DNA of 25,862 nt from a virus (Duplodnaviria; Caudoviricetes): positions 1-25,862 of the IMG/VR virus record IMGVR_UViG_3300025035_000093. The stretch is one strand, 5' to 3'. The position numbers and the translations under genes are program-made. The notes under the pieces were generated by a model, which did no database searches, had not been told where the DNA came from, and saw nothing but the letters and a program-made list of their open reading frames with translations. Shown in pieces: positions 1 to 9,131 of this stretch. Every line of letters starts with the position of its first letter. The stretch's first letter is position 1.

Positions 1-694
1 ACAGGACGCCGTTGAACTTGCCCGCCCAGGTGTTCGTCGCGGGATCCACCAGGTCCAGCTCCAGCGCGCCGGTGAATCGCCTGTTGGCGTTTCCTTCCGG
101 GGCCACGAAGGCCGTGGTGTAGGCCGTGGTCGCGCTCGCCGCGTCATAGCCGGTGACTTCGATGCCGCTTTCGGTCCCGAGGCGAACGTAGAGATCGCCC
201 ATGCCCGCGCTCAGACTGTGATCCCCGAAGGTCACGCGCAGCGAGGTGGCGCTGGCCGGGATGTCGTCCCACTGGTAGCTGGCCGCGCCACTGGTCACGA
301 AGCGCGTCCGCGTGATCCAGCGGGGCAGGGCAAGGACAGACGCGACGGCCACCTGTGCCGAACCAGCCAATTCGCGAAGCTCGGTTGCGAGAGTCGGAGT
401 GAGCGCAGGGGATTGCGCGATCAGGTCTTCGAACAGCGCGGATGTCTCGGTTGGCACCGTGACGTGGAAACGCTCGACACGCTCATCGACAACCACTCGG
501 CCCTCGTAGGTGCCGGGATAGAGCGAAACCGAAATATCGCCGGAACCGTCCGTCGTGGTGGTGACGATTGATGGCACAATGGTCAGGCCGTCACCCACAA
601 CGCCGCTCTGCTTGCGGAACGTGATGTCTGTGCTGGTAACATCGGCGCCAGATGGCGTCTTGACCGATCCCGTAATAGCGCAAAGCGTTGCCAT
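1..694 (-). CDS. Tail fibre/tail spike protein, N-terminal part (runs off the window)
   Basis: Not in the ORF track; manually translated from ATG 694 (RBS-like GAGGG upstream): MATLCAITGSVKTPSG...VTTTTDGSGDISVSLYPGTYEGRVVV..., open to the window edge. Resembles the beta-sandwich N-terminus of prophage tail fibres and follows the ejection genes. Confidence 0.7.
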   Translation of the reverse strand, partial: MATLCAITGSVKTPSGADVTSTDITFRKQSGVVGDGLTIVPSIVTTTTDGSGDISVSLYPGTYEGRVVVDERVERFHVTVPTETSALFEDLIAQSPALTPTLATELRELAGSAQVAVASVLALPRWITRTRFVTSGAASYQWDDIPASATSLRVTFGDHSLSAGMGDLYVRLGTESGIEVTGYDAASATTAYTTAFVAPEGNANRRFTGALELDLVDPATNTWAGKFNGVL

Positions 695-744
695 GGAAGC
701 CCTCGTTGAGTTGGCCGCATCCTGTTACGCGGCGCTATCTCAGG

Positions 745-753
745 CCATGCACG
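745..753 (-). promoter_or_regulatory. Putative late-promoter motif CGTGCATGG, copy 1 (upstream of tail fibre)
   Basis: Exact 9-mer in the 62-bp intergenic gap; CAGGAT follows after a 20-nt spacer; same motif at 11982, 16557 and 19407. Confidence 0.6.
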
Positions 754-756
754 CTC

Positions 757-3231
757 TCACCGACCCAGCGCGTTGCTCAGATCCGGGCCCCGTTCAGGTA
801 GGAAATCGCCCTGATCCCAGAAGGGCCGGTTGCCTTGACTTCGCTCTCTGTTCTGCGCCCGCGTGTTGAACGATTGCTGCGCCTCGGGGTCGAGAAAAAG
901 CTGCAACTGGTCGAACACCATCCGGTCTATCGCCGCGCGAATCTGCCATAGGCTAGAGGCCACTGGCGTGTTGCGCCGAACAAGATTGGTCGCATCTCGC
1001 CCGAGGTTCATGTCCTCGCCGCGAAACGCCTGCATGGCGTTGCCGATGGTGAAGTTGCCCACTTGGCCGAGGATGCCGAGCACGGGGCCGTCAAAGAAAT
1101 CTTCCAGACCGCCGCCCGTCCGGCTTTCCGCTGATCCGAACAGGTCGCCGACGATGCCAAAGCCTCCGCCCTGCAATGCTGCGGCGCCCCAGAACGCCAC
1201 ACTGTTCATTGGGCGGGGATCGTTGCCCTTGGCCAACTCTTTCAACTGGACGCCGACCGCGCCCATGAGCGTGAAGGCCGCCAGCATCTCCGCCGCATAG
1301 AGCGCGCGGCTCATCGGCGTCGGCTGCGCCATCATCCGGCTATACTGGTTGATGAAGACCGACATGCCGAAACTCTTGAACTGGAGGCCAGACAGAAGCA
1401 ATTCGCCGCCGATCGTTCCGGGTCGCGCCGTACGCTGCACCGCCGCGCGCGCGCTTACGGACATGGTGGGGATGGCGAATTCCACCTGTTCCTCGATAAT
1501 TCCGCCCATACGGATCGCGATGTCCTCCGCCTGCCGCCTCGGCAAATCGGTGTGCTGCAACCAATGGCTTGGAGAAATGAACGTCGCGCCGTTCTCCGCG
1601 CGGAACATCAGGTCGGGACGGGAGAACTGCTGCCACATCTCCGGGGTGACGCCGCGGCTGACAAGGATCTGCCGCAACTGCGGTGTCACATCGTTCAGCG
1701 CCTTGCCCGCGTTCTCCGCAAAGAGTCCGGCAAACTCCATCCGAAACGCCGTGCGGCCCATGTCGGTCCATTGTGACAGGCCCTGCGCGCGCATGGTGAA
1801 GCTGGTGATCCGCTCCAGTATCTCGTTCGACGGCACCTCCCCGATGAAGCGCGCCACGGTGTTACCCGCATCGCTAAGCGTGTCTGCAATATAGCCCAAT
1901 CGGGCGGCGGTCTCCCGCGTGGCAGAAGACGCCAGAAGCTCAACGTGCCGGCTAAGCGCGTTCGTCGGGTTGATGCCCACCGCCTTGGCCGCCATCCGCA
2001 TGGATGCCAGATCGCCACCGGACGCCAGCATGGCCGATCCGAGGTAGGAACTCGTGGTCCACTGACGCACGCCAGAGAAGAAATTGGCCCACCATGCACT
2101 CTCGGGAACCGAGGCCGCGCCCGTCACCTGATCCATCATCGCGCGGGTCAGACCGATGCTCTCATTGATCTGCGTGTATGCCTTGGTGTTGCCGCGCCGC
2201 TTGGCCTCTTGCAGCGCTACCTGGTAGCGATGCTCAAGGCCCATGCGGGGGTTGGTGCCGAACGCGCGCATCAGGGCGATGTCGCGGGCCATGCGCTGCA
2301 TGTGCTGCGTGATGGCGCCGAACAGGTCGGTCGCGCCGAACTCGTCGTTGTAACTGATCCAGTCTTCGGTGCTGCGAAAGTGCAGGATGCGCTGGTAGGC
2401 GCGCTGATCGCCTAACTTTCCGGTGCCCGGTGCCGGGCCATAGCGCGCTTCCCCCTTCGGAACCCGCGCGTAAATGATTCCATCCCAGATTTCCCCGAGG
2501 AAGCGGCGCTTCACGTCATCCGGCGTTCCCGATCCGAACGGACGGCCGGTGCTGAAATTCTCGATCCGGTCCCAATCCAGCCGATTGATGATCTGATCGA
2601 CCCAAGGCTCTCGGCCCACATTCAGAAGGCGCTGGCGATCATGGGTTTGCGGGAACCAGTTGTCCATCTTGCCGATATGACCGCCCGCCTCGTTGAACAG
2701 GAGCCGTGCGCGCTCGAAGGTCTGGCCGATAGCCTGCGCCATGTTCCGCGCCACCGCATCGCCGGTGCTGTCGCCGCGCATCTCGCCCACCACATTGCGA
2801 AGGCGGGCCTTGTCGCGCACGTTTCCCGCTAGGTTGCGGTTGATCGCCGTGAAGAACTGCCCCATCGCACCCTGAAACTGCTGCTCCAGCGCCTTCATCA
2901 TGAACCAGACCGAGTCCGGTTGGTCCGACGCGCCTTCCTTGCGCTCGATCGGGCGGCGGATCACGCCCAGAAGGTCGCTCGAATTGCGGACTTCCTCGAC
3001 GTTGCGGCGCATCACCTCCAGATCCTTGAGGCGCGAATGTCGCTGAATCGCGGTTTCGCGCGTAAAGGCATCGCGAATGTCCTGATAGGCCATTTCCTCG
3101 GCAGAGCGGCGATCAGTGAAGCGGGCGTAGCGATCAGATGCTTCGCGCCATGCCTCCTGCGTGGCCGTGCCCCGTTCCCGGTCGGTGGATCCGGCGTCCA
3201 TGGCGCGCTGGATGCAGTCGAAGAAGCTCAT
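757..3231 (-). CDS. Internal virion (ejection) protein, large, 824 aa
   Basis: Helical protein, last of the ejection cluster; C-terminal QFKSF...AAALQGGGFGIVGD hydrophobic Gly-rich segments like podovirus core proteins; ATGA-coupled to the upstream gene. Confidence 0.7.
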   Translation of the reverse strand: MSFFDCIQRAMDAGSTDRERGTATQEAWREASDRYARFTDRRSAEEMAYQDIRDAFTRETAIQRHSRLKDLEVMRRNVEEVRNSSDLLGVIRRPIERKEGASDQPDSVWFMMKALEQQFQGAMGQFFTAINRNLAGNVRDKARLRNVVGEMRGDSTGDAVARNMAQAIGQTFERARLLFNEAGGHIGKMDNWFPQTHDRQRLLNVGREPWVDQIINRLDWDRIENFSTGRPFGSGTPDDVKRRFLGEIWDGIIYARVPKGEARYGPAPGTGKLGDQRAYQRILHFRSTEDWISYNDEFGATDLFGAITQHMQRMARDIALMRAFGTNPRMGLEHRYQVALQEAKRRGNTKAYTQINESIGLTRAMMDQVTGAASVPESAWWANFFSGVRQWTTSSYLGSAMLASGGDLASMRMAAKAVGINPTNALSRHVELLASSATRETAARLGYIADTLSDAGNTVARFIGEVPSNEILERITSFTMRAQGLSQWTDMGRTAFRMEFAGLFAENAGKALNDVTPQLRQILVSRGVTPEMWQQFSRPDLMFRAENGATFISPSHWLQHTDLPRRQAEDIAIRMGGIIEEQVEFAIPTMSVSARAAVQRTARPGTIGGELLLSGLQFKSFGMSVFINQYSRMMAQPTPMSRALYAAEMLAAFTLMGAVGVQLKELAKGNDPRPMNSVAFWGAAALQGGGFGIVGDLFGSAESRTGGGLEDFFDGPVLGILGQVGNFTIGNAMQAFRGEDMNLGRDATNLVRRNTPVASSLWQIRAAIDRMVFDQLQLFLDPEAQQSFNTRAQNRERSQGNRPFWDQGDFLPERGPDLSNALGR

Positions 3232-5438
3232 GCCGTTCCCCTTCCTCGGGCGGTGCAGGCGTTGATGGCGGCGAGGTGGTCGGCATCGGCCTGCATGTCA
3301 TCCAGAAGGCGCTGAGCCGACACCGTGCCGCCCTCCACATCCACGCTCACATCACCATAGGCGTCGATCTCGTCGCGGATGCTCCGCTCCCAATCGTCCA
3401 TGTAGGTGGCTGCCTCGGGTGTTGTGGGATCATCGAACATATCCTGCTGGCGGCGCGCGCCTTCATCGAACATGCCCATGTCGGGTGCGGCGTTGCCGCC
3501 GCGCATCGGTGAGGCCTGTGCAGCTTGCATCCTGTCGCGCTGGCTGACTGGCGCTACTCCGTCGATGAGGAGCTGGTCGCCTGCTGCCGTTGGCTCGCTG
3601 CTGCGTCCATCGCCTCCAGGGATCGCGCGTGATCCGCCAGCATCTTGCGCTGTCGTGGCGTCAGGTCTGGCTGCTGCTGCCGCCGCTGGATCGACCGATA
3701 CAGCTTCTGACCCGCGGGCCGCAGATGCTCCAATCGCTTCATAGAATTCCTCCTGTTCCGCGTCGACCATGGCCCGAACAACGGCATCTTCCACCGATCC
3801 GCCAAAATCCGCAAGGTGCGCCATCGCGCGTGACTGGACATCGCCGCTGATGTTGGTGTTCGCCGCATAGGCGCCCATCAGTCGCTCCGCCTCCTGCGCG
3901 CGCGCCAATCCGTCCATATCAGGCTGCTGACGCGGCGTAGGCATGTAGGGGCCGGAAAAGTCCATCTCGGGGACTTCGTCCAGCGCTGCGGCTGCGGCAT
4001 CCAGATCGCGCCGGATGACCACCAGCTCGTCTTCAAGGTCCGCGATCTGCTGCGCTGCGTATTCCGCCTCCAGGGTCCGATAGGCCGGGCTCCCCCCCGC
4101 TTCCTGCACGATTGCCTCGATCAGCGCATCGCGGTCGATGTAAAGCCCATCGTCAGACGTGCGCAGCCGGGGTGTGCCGCCATCGGCAAACTCGGTCGCT
4201 GGGATGTTGTCGACCTCGGCCATTCCATTCCGGCGGATCAGGCCGACCAACTGGCGGTTCGACACGCCGATGCCCTGCAACTCCGACGCGATGGGCGTCA
4301 ACTCGCTTTCGCCCGTGTTCGGATTGGTGCGGCGCCACTGGATACCGCCGCGATTGAGGAGATCGTCCCATGTCGGACGGGCGCGGGCCAACTGCGGATT
4401 GTCCTCCCGAATACGACGGATCGCGTCGTCCACCTCTATCGTTGACGGACGATCCGGCAGAAGACCGGCAGGAATTCCGCTTTCCGGTGCCGCGTCGATT
4501 GGCGGGGCGTCGATGTCGAAGGTGATTTCGGGCAATTCGTAGACCGGCTCACCGGGCCGAAGGGTGACAGGCGGAATATCGGCGGGGACCGGGGCCGGCG
4601 GCACGGGGCCACCAACGCGAAGGGCTTGCTCTGCCTCGTGAACAGCCTCCATGGCCTGTGCGGCGGGAACACCCGGCGGCGGTGCGATCACTTCATTGCG
4701 CAGGCGCGCATATTCAACGCCTCGGGTTAGCGCGCCGATGCCACCGGCCAGAGCGCCGCCGAAGGCCGCACCCATCGCGATCTGCTGGGCCACGTTCGGA
4801 GCCGGAATGTCGAGCTCGCGTGCGACATCCTGCATCCGCGGGATGATCGCTGCCTCGCCGAGCGCGCCCAGAGCCGCTTCCCGAAGCACGAGCCGGCCAA
4901 GCGAGCCGGACCCGCCACCGAAGGGGATCATCGCCAGCGAGACAGGGTCCGTCATGGCCACGCCGGACCGGCCGATGAACTCCGAGACGCCGCTGTAAGA
5001 CGGCCCGGCGCCAAGAATCTGCTGAGCCTCCTCCCATTCAAGGCGCATCCGGTCGCGCGCTACCTGCCGGATGTCCCGCCAGTCCGTCGGCAAGCCTTGC
5101 AGGATTGATCCATCAGCGGTTTCAGCAAGGCCCAGAAGGGCGCGACGGACTTCCGGGTCGGTGCGCAAAAGCGACGGGCTCGGCATCATCTCGCCAAGGC
5201 CCTGCGCCTGGAAGTGCTCGCGGATCTGCTGCTCGGAAAAGACGGTGGTGACTGCGCCGAGGATCTCCCCGTAGACTTCGTTCTCGACGCGCGCCGAATA
5301 GCCCCACCAATCGGTCTCGATCACCTCTGCGTCAATGCCGGCCTGAATGACCTCGCGCTGGGTTGACGGGCCTTCCGCATCATAGCGGCGTGGGCGTGGT
5401 GCGAAGGAGTCTTCATTCGGTTCAACGAACATTGGCAC
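3228..5438 (-). CDS. Internal virion (ejection) protein, ~736 aa (start GTG 5438 or ATG 5432)
   Basis: Gly/Ala-rich membrane-like segments (TDPVSLAMIPFGGG; AMGAAFGGALAGGIG) typical of ejected core proteins; syntenic position. Confidence 0.65.
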   Translation of the reverse strand: MPMFVEPNEDSFAPRPRRYDAEGPSTQREVIQAGIDAEVIETDWWGYSARVENEVYGEILGAVTTVFSEQQIREHFQAQGLGEMMPSPSLLRTDPEVRRALLGLAETADGSILQGLPTDWRDIRQVARDRMRLEWEEAQQILGAGPSYSGVSEFIGRSGVAMTDPVSLAMIPFGGGSGSLGRLVLREAALGALGEAAIIPRMQDVARELDIPAPNVAQQIAMGAAFGGALAGGIGALTRGVEYARLRNEVIAPPPGVPAAQAMEAVHEAEQALRVGGPVPPAPVPADIPPVTLRPGEPVYELPEITFDIDAPPIDAAPESGIPAGLLPDRPSTIEVDDAIRRIREDNPQLARARPTWDDLLNRGGIQWRRTNPNTGESELTPIASELQGIGVSNRQLVGLIRRNGMAEVDNIPATEFADGGTPRLRTSDDGLYIDRDALIEAIVQEAGGSPAYRTLEAEYAAQQIADLEDELVVIRRDLDAAAAALDEVPEMDFSGPYMPTPRQQPDMDGLARAQEAERLMGAYAANTNISGDVQSRAMAHLADFGGSVEDAVVRAMVDAEQEEFYEAIGASAARGSEAVSVDPAAAAAARPDATTAQDAGGSRAIPGGDGRSSEPTAAGDQLLIDGVAPVSQRDRMQAAQASPMRGGNAAPDMGMFDEGARRQQDMFDDPTTPEAATYMDDWERSIRDEIDAYGDVSVDVEGGTVSAQRLLDDMQADADHLAAINACTARGRGTA

Positions 5439-8400
5439 TGCCCAGAAGCGCGTTCAGATCGAGGATGTAGGGGTCGCCGTTCGCGTCCAGCGCCTCCCAC
5501 CCTTTGCCCTCAATGGTGTAGAGACCCGCCTCGATGTCGGAGCCGCGCAGGATCGGGACGAGACGGGCGCGGTTGAGCGTCCGCATGTCGATCGGCTCTC
5601 CGTCGATGAGCGGTGCGCCCCTCGGACCCCAGCCCTGGCCCATCTGCTCCAGCACCTGATCCTCGCTCTCGAACGGCTGCGATCCGAAGGCGTCCAGGAA
5701 CTCCAGAGCCCACTGTTCGCCCTGGCTGTCCAGCGCCGCCTGCGTGCCGGGCACGACGCGGTAGAACGAGCCGTTCAACTCGTAGGTCTCCCATTCCACG
5801 CTTGTCGTCGCGGTCTCCAGTGCCTGCTGAACCATCGCCCGGGACGCATTTGGCGGCAGGAGCGTCTGGCCGCCAAGAACGCGCTGCACGCCGCCGCGCG
5901 CGCCATTCTGACCCAGAGCGATCTGCACCGCCTCGGCAAACGACTGCGCATCCGCCTCGCCCATGCCGTCGGTGAAGGACACGTAGTCGGTCGCCATCGC
6001 GACGATCAACTCGCGTGTCGCCGCGTTCGGGGGAAGGGTCTCGATGATGCCCAGAACCTCCGGGTCCATCCGCACGTCCTGCGGAACCGACCGCGCCTGC
6101 CCTGCCCGCTGCATTGCCGCGCCGGTGAGTGCCCGGCTCAGGTGCATCTGGTTGCCCGAGGTGGCCGCGAGCGAGATCCAGCCCGCCGTGCTTTCCTCGA
6201 CACCCAGTTCCAGCGCCGCCGTGGCAGCATCGGAACCGAGCGTGTCGATCAGCGTGGAAGCGAACCCGGTGCGGTCCATCGGATCGGCATCGGGACCGAA
6301 CATCAGCGACAGTTGCTCGCGTTCTTCATTCGTGAAGAAGCGCGCCTCGGAGGTGTAGCCAGCGCCGACCATTTCCGCCGCGATCTGCTGGCGCTGCATC
6401 AGCGTCTCCGCGAAGGCTTCCGGGTCGGAAGGATCGAGCGTGCCGATGGAGACGCCATTTCTCGCTGCGGCAGAGACCGGATCTTCGGCTTCTCGGTTCA
6501 GCGCCGCCGTGTGGGTGGCCTCCATGGCGTCGAGGAACCCGGTTTCCCAATCGTCATTCACCGGTCGCGCGCGCTCCGCTTCGATCATGGCCGCGCGCTC
6601 TGATGGGGGCATCGCCGCGAAGTCAGGCAAGAAGTCGCGCATGTTGATCGCGCCCATGGTCCGGTTGAAGTCTGCATGGCGCTGCACCGCCGGATCGTTC
6701 AACAGCGCCTCGTTCGCGTGGGTGCGCCCATCGGCGGCGGCGTTTCTGATCGAGGTGAGCTGCGTGCCGATCTCTCGGTCCCGGTTGGTCGCGCTTGTCG
6801 CCGTGAACCGCGCGGCCTCACGATCCGCACCGGCCAGCGCCATCTCGGCCTGCTCGGGCCCGAAGGTCGATCCCGGCAGCGATGCACGGTAGCGAAGGAT
6901 CTCGCCCAACTGCCCACGCGCGGCCGCTGCGCCCTCGGTGTCGCCCGCCGCCATGAGCGCGGAATACTCGTCGGTCAGCATCGAAGCGCGCGCGCGGGCC
7001 TCGTCATTCGCTCGGGCCAGCGTGTTCTGAAACAGCGCGTCCCGCACGCCGTTCAGATTGCGCGCCGCTTCCGTCCGCAGGTCCGCCCCAAGCTGCTCCC
7101 GAATTGCGTCAGGTGCCCCGGCCATGATCTGCTGCACATAGCCCTGCGCTGCTTGCTCGAACCCTGTCGGATCAAGAGGGAACCGGCGGCGCAGATCGCT
7201 CATCGCCAGATTGGCGTTATTCAGGGTGCTGGCGGAATACGCGCCAAGGGCCGCATTCTGGCGGATGATGTCGTAGCGCGAGGTGAAGATGTCGAGCGGG
7301 CGGGTTTCAAGGCCACCCGACGCGGTGCGGATCTGCGTCGTGGGCTGACGCGCACTCATCACAGCGTCACCACCGGCGGCAGATGGCGCGCTTGAAGGCG
7401 CGGCGTTCCCGGCGAAGATGTCGGCCTCACGATTCCGGCGGCCCCGGTTGATCCCGTCGTTATCGCCCTCCAGCGCCCGGATTTCCGCCTCCGCACCAGT
7501 CATGTCGCCTGCACGGATTGCCTGCACAACAGCGCTCAATCTGCCGTCCCACGAATTCGCGCCATAGTTGTAGCTGAGCGATGTCAGAACCGCTTGCTGT
7601 TCCGGGTTGAGAGCGTCGAACACCTCCGGGCCAACGCCGTTCCGAGCCGCTGGCAAGAACTCGGTGGTCACGCGGCGCTCCAGATCGCGCTCCGCGTCCT
7701 CACGCGAGACCCTTGTGCCGCTGCCCACCGCCTCTACCGTGCCATCCTCTCGCGTCACGGTGTCGGAACCGTAGCCGGTGCGCAGCGCGTTCACGTCCCA
7801 ATACGGGGTTTCCTCAAATCCCTCGAACTCGCGCAGCACGCTCATCGCGGCGCCCGCGCCGTCCATTCCACTGGCGCTGGCCGTGACATCGGGTTGGCTC
7901 TGCGGCGGCAGGCCCGCGGCCATGAGAAGCCCGTTGACGCCCATCTCGCGTGCCGCTTGCAGCCGGGGGAGCCACGACACCGCGCCGCGTGCATCGCGGT
8001 TATTCACGCCATCGCTGTCGCTCCAGACCTGAATGCCGCCGCGAGGGTTGTTCGGATTCAGGCCGCGATCCCAATGGAACGCATCGCCGCCCATGTAATC
8101 GAAGCCAGCGCCGACACCGAGGATATTCATGGCCACACCGAATTCCGCACCGGCCAGCGCCTCGGGATCGTCCCATCGGACGCGCGTTCCATCGGGACGG
8201 ATCACACGGAAGTCGATCGCGTCGCCGCTGTGGTGTTGACTGGTCTCGCTGCCGCCGGGCCGGTGCGCGGAAAAAACCTCGATCCGAGATCCTGCCGGCA
8301 TCACATGGGCAAAGGCTCGCGATGCAATGTCGTAGAGGTCCGGGTTCGAGGAAAAGTCGCCATCAATCGGCAGGCCACGCGGTCCGCCTTGCGACCCGGA

Positions 8401-8706
8401 CCACGCCGCATCCATGCTGCCTTCATTCGCCAATGGACCACCGAACGCAGCGGGGGTGTAGGACCGCCCGGGAACGCCGCCCACCGAAGGATTGCCGCCC
8501 TCTGTTCCGGGTGTGTATCCACCCGCGGCGGCGGTGCCGGTTTCGCTTCCATCGCGCTGCGCCTGCTCTCCAGCCAGCATGTCCAATTGCGGCGCCCATG
8601 CGTTTGCAGCATCAGCGAGAACGCCAAAGATCGAAGGCCCAGGGCGAACCTGAGCCGGGTAGGAACTGATCGGATTGGCCGGCGTAATCCGGCGAAGCGT
8701 GGCCAT
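5422..8706 (-). CDS. Internal virion protein with two peptidoglycan hydrolase domains (peptidase M15-like and GH24 lysozyme-like), 1094 aa
   Basis: SAHR...SQHHSGDAIDF...FHWD (M15 Zn motif) and LREFEGF.ETPYWD...TGYG...LTSLSYNYG...RRNREADIF (phage lysozyme motif); remainder helical. Confidence 0.8.
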   Translation of the reverse strand: MATLRRITPANPISSYPAQVRPGPSIFGVLADAANAWAPQLDMLAGEQAQRDGSETGTAAAGGYTPGTEGGNPSVGGVPGRSYTPAAFGGPLANEGSMDAAWSGSQGGPRGLPIDGDFSSNPDLYDIASRAFAHVMPAGSRIEVFSAHRPGGSETSQHHSGDAIDFRVIRPDGTRVRWDDPEALAGAEFGVAMNILGVGAGFDYMGGDAFHWDRGLNPNNPRGGIQVWSDSDGVNNRDARGAVSWLPRLQAAREMGVNGLLMAAGLPPQSQPDVTASASGMDGAGAAMSVLREFEGFEETPYWDVNALRTGYGSDTVTREDGTVEAVGSGTRVSREDAERDLERRVTTEFLPAARNGVGPEVFDALNPEQQAVLTSLSYNYGANSWDGRLSAVVQAIRAGDMTGAEAEIRALEGDNDGINRGRRNREADIFAGNAAPSSAPSAAGGDAVMSARQPTTQIRTASGGLETRPLDIFTSRYDIIRQNAALGAYSASTLNNANLAMSDLRRRFPLDPTGFEQAAQGYVQQIMAGAPDAIREQLGADLRTEAARNLNGVRDALFQNTLARANDEARARASMLTDEYSALMAAGDTEGAAAARGQLGEILRYRASLPGSTFGPEQAEMALAGADREAARFTATSATNRDREIGTQLTSIRNAAADGRTHANEALLNDPAVQRHADFNRTMGAINMRDFLPDFAAMPPSERAAMIEAERARPVNDDWETGFLDAMEATHTAALNREAEDPVSAAARNGVSIGTLDPSDPEAFAETLMQRQQIAAEMVGAGYTSEARFFTNEEREQLSLMFGPDADPMDRTGFASTLIDTLGSDAATAALELGVEESTAGWISLAATSGNQMHLSRALTGAAMQRAGQARSVPQDVRMDPEVLGIIETLPPNAATRELIVAMATDYVSFTDGMGEADAQSFAEAVQIALGQNGARGGVQRVLGGQTLLPPNASRAMVQQALETATTSVEWETYELNGSFYRVVPGTQAALDSQGEQWALEFLDAFGSQPFESEDQVLEQMGQGWGPRGAPLIDGEPIDMRTLNRARLVPILRGSDIEAGLYTIEGKGWEALDANGDPYILDLNALLGSANVR

Positions 8707-9131
8707 TACCGAAGGCTCCCATATAGCTGGAACAGGCTCGGGCCAGCCCTGGCAAAGCCTCGGGCAATCTCCATGCCGGGGCGATAAGACCTCGCGCGGG
8801 CCCGGGCGTCGAACACCTCCCGATTGCGGTTGCCGGTCTCGATACGCCGATCACGGCCCCTGATTTTCCGCACCTCGTCCAGAATGCCAAGCGTGGCAAC
8901 GCTGGGCCCTGCACCGTTGGCCGACATCGCTGCGCGGTAGGCGCCCAGGTCTTCCTCCAGACCCACGCGCGCCGCCGTGTCGCTCTGATCGGCCCGGATC
9001 TTGCCCCACTCGGCATTGATCTGCTCTTGCTGTCGCATCTGGCGCGCTTCGCTGGCCGCCGCAAACCCGCCGAAAATGGGGCCTGCTGCCTGCGATACCA
9101 ACGCCAAGGGTCCAAGTGCTGCCGCGCCCAT
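8706..9131 (-). CDS. Small internal virion protein (T7 gp14-like position), 141 aa
   Basis: Likely start ATG 9131 overlaps the nozzle stop (TAATG); hydrophobic Gly/Ala N-terminus, Gln-rich helix, AAMSANG motif. The track's 9422 start lies inside the nozzle gene. Confidence 0.7.
   Translation of the reverse strand: MGAAALGPLALVSQAAGPIFGGFAAASEARQMRQQEQINAEWGKIRADQSDTAARVGLEEDLGAYRAAMSANGAGPSVATLGILDEVRKIRGRDRRIETGNRNREVFDARARARSYRPGMEIARGFARAGPSLFQLYGSLR

Noticed and set aside
1-694. Diversity-generating retroelement suggested by BPP-1-like head genes
   Set aside because: No reverse transcriptase or TR/VR pair in the window; the fibre C-terminus lies outside, so it cannot be assessed
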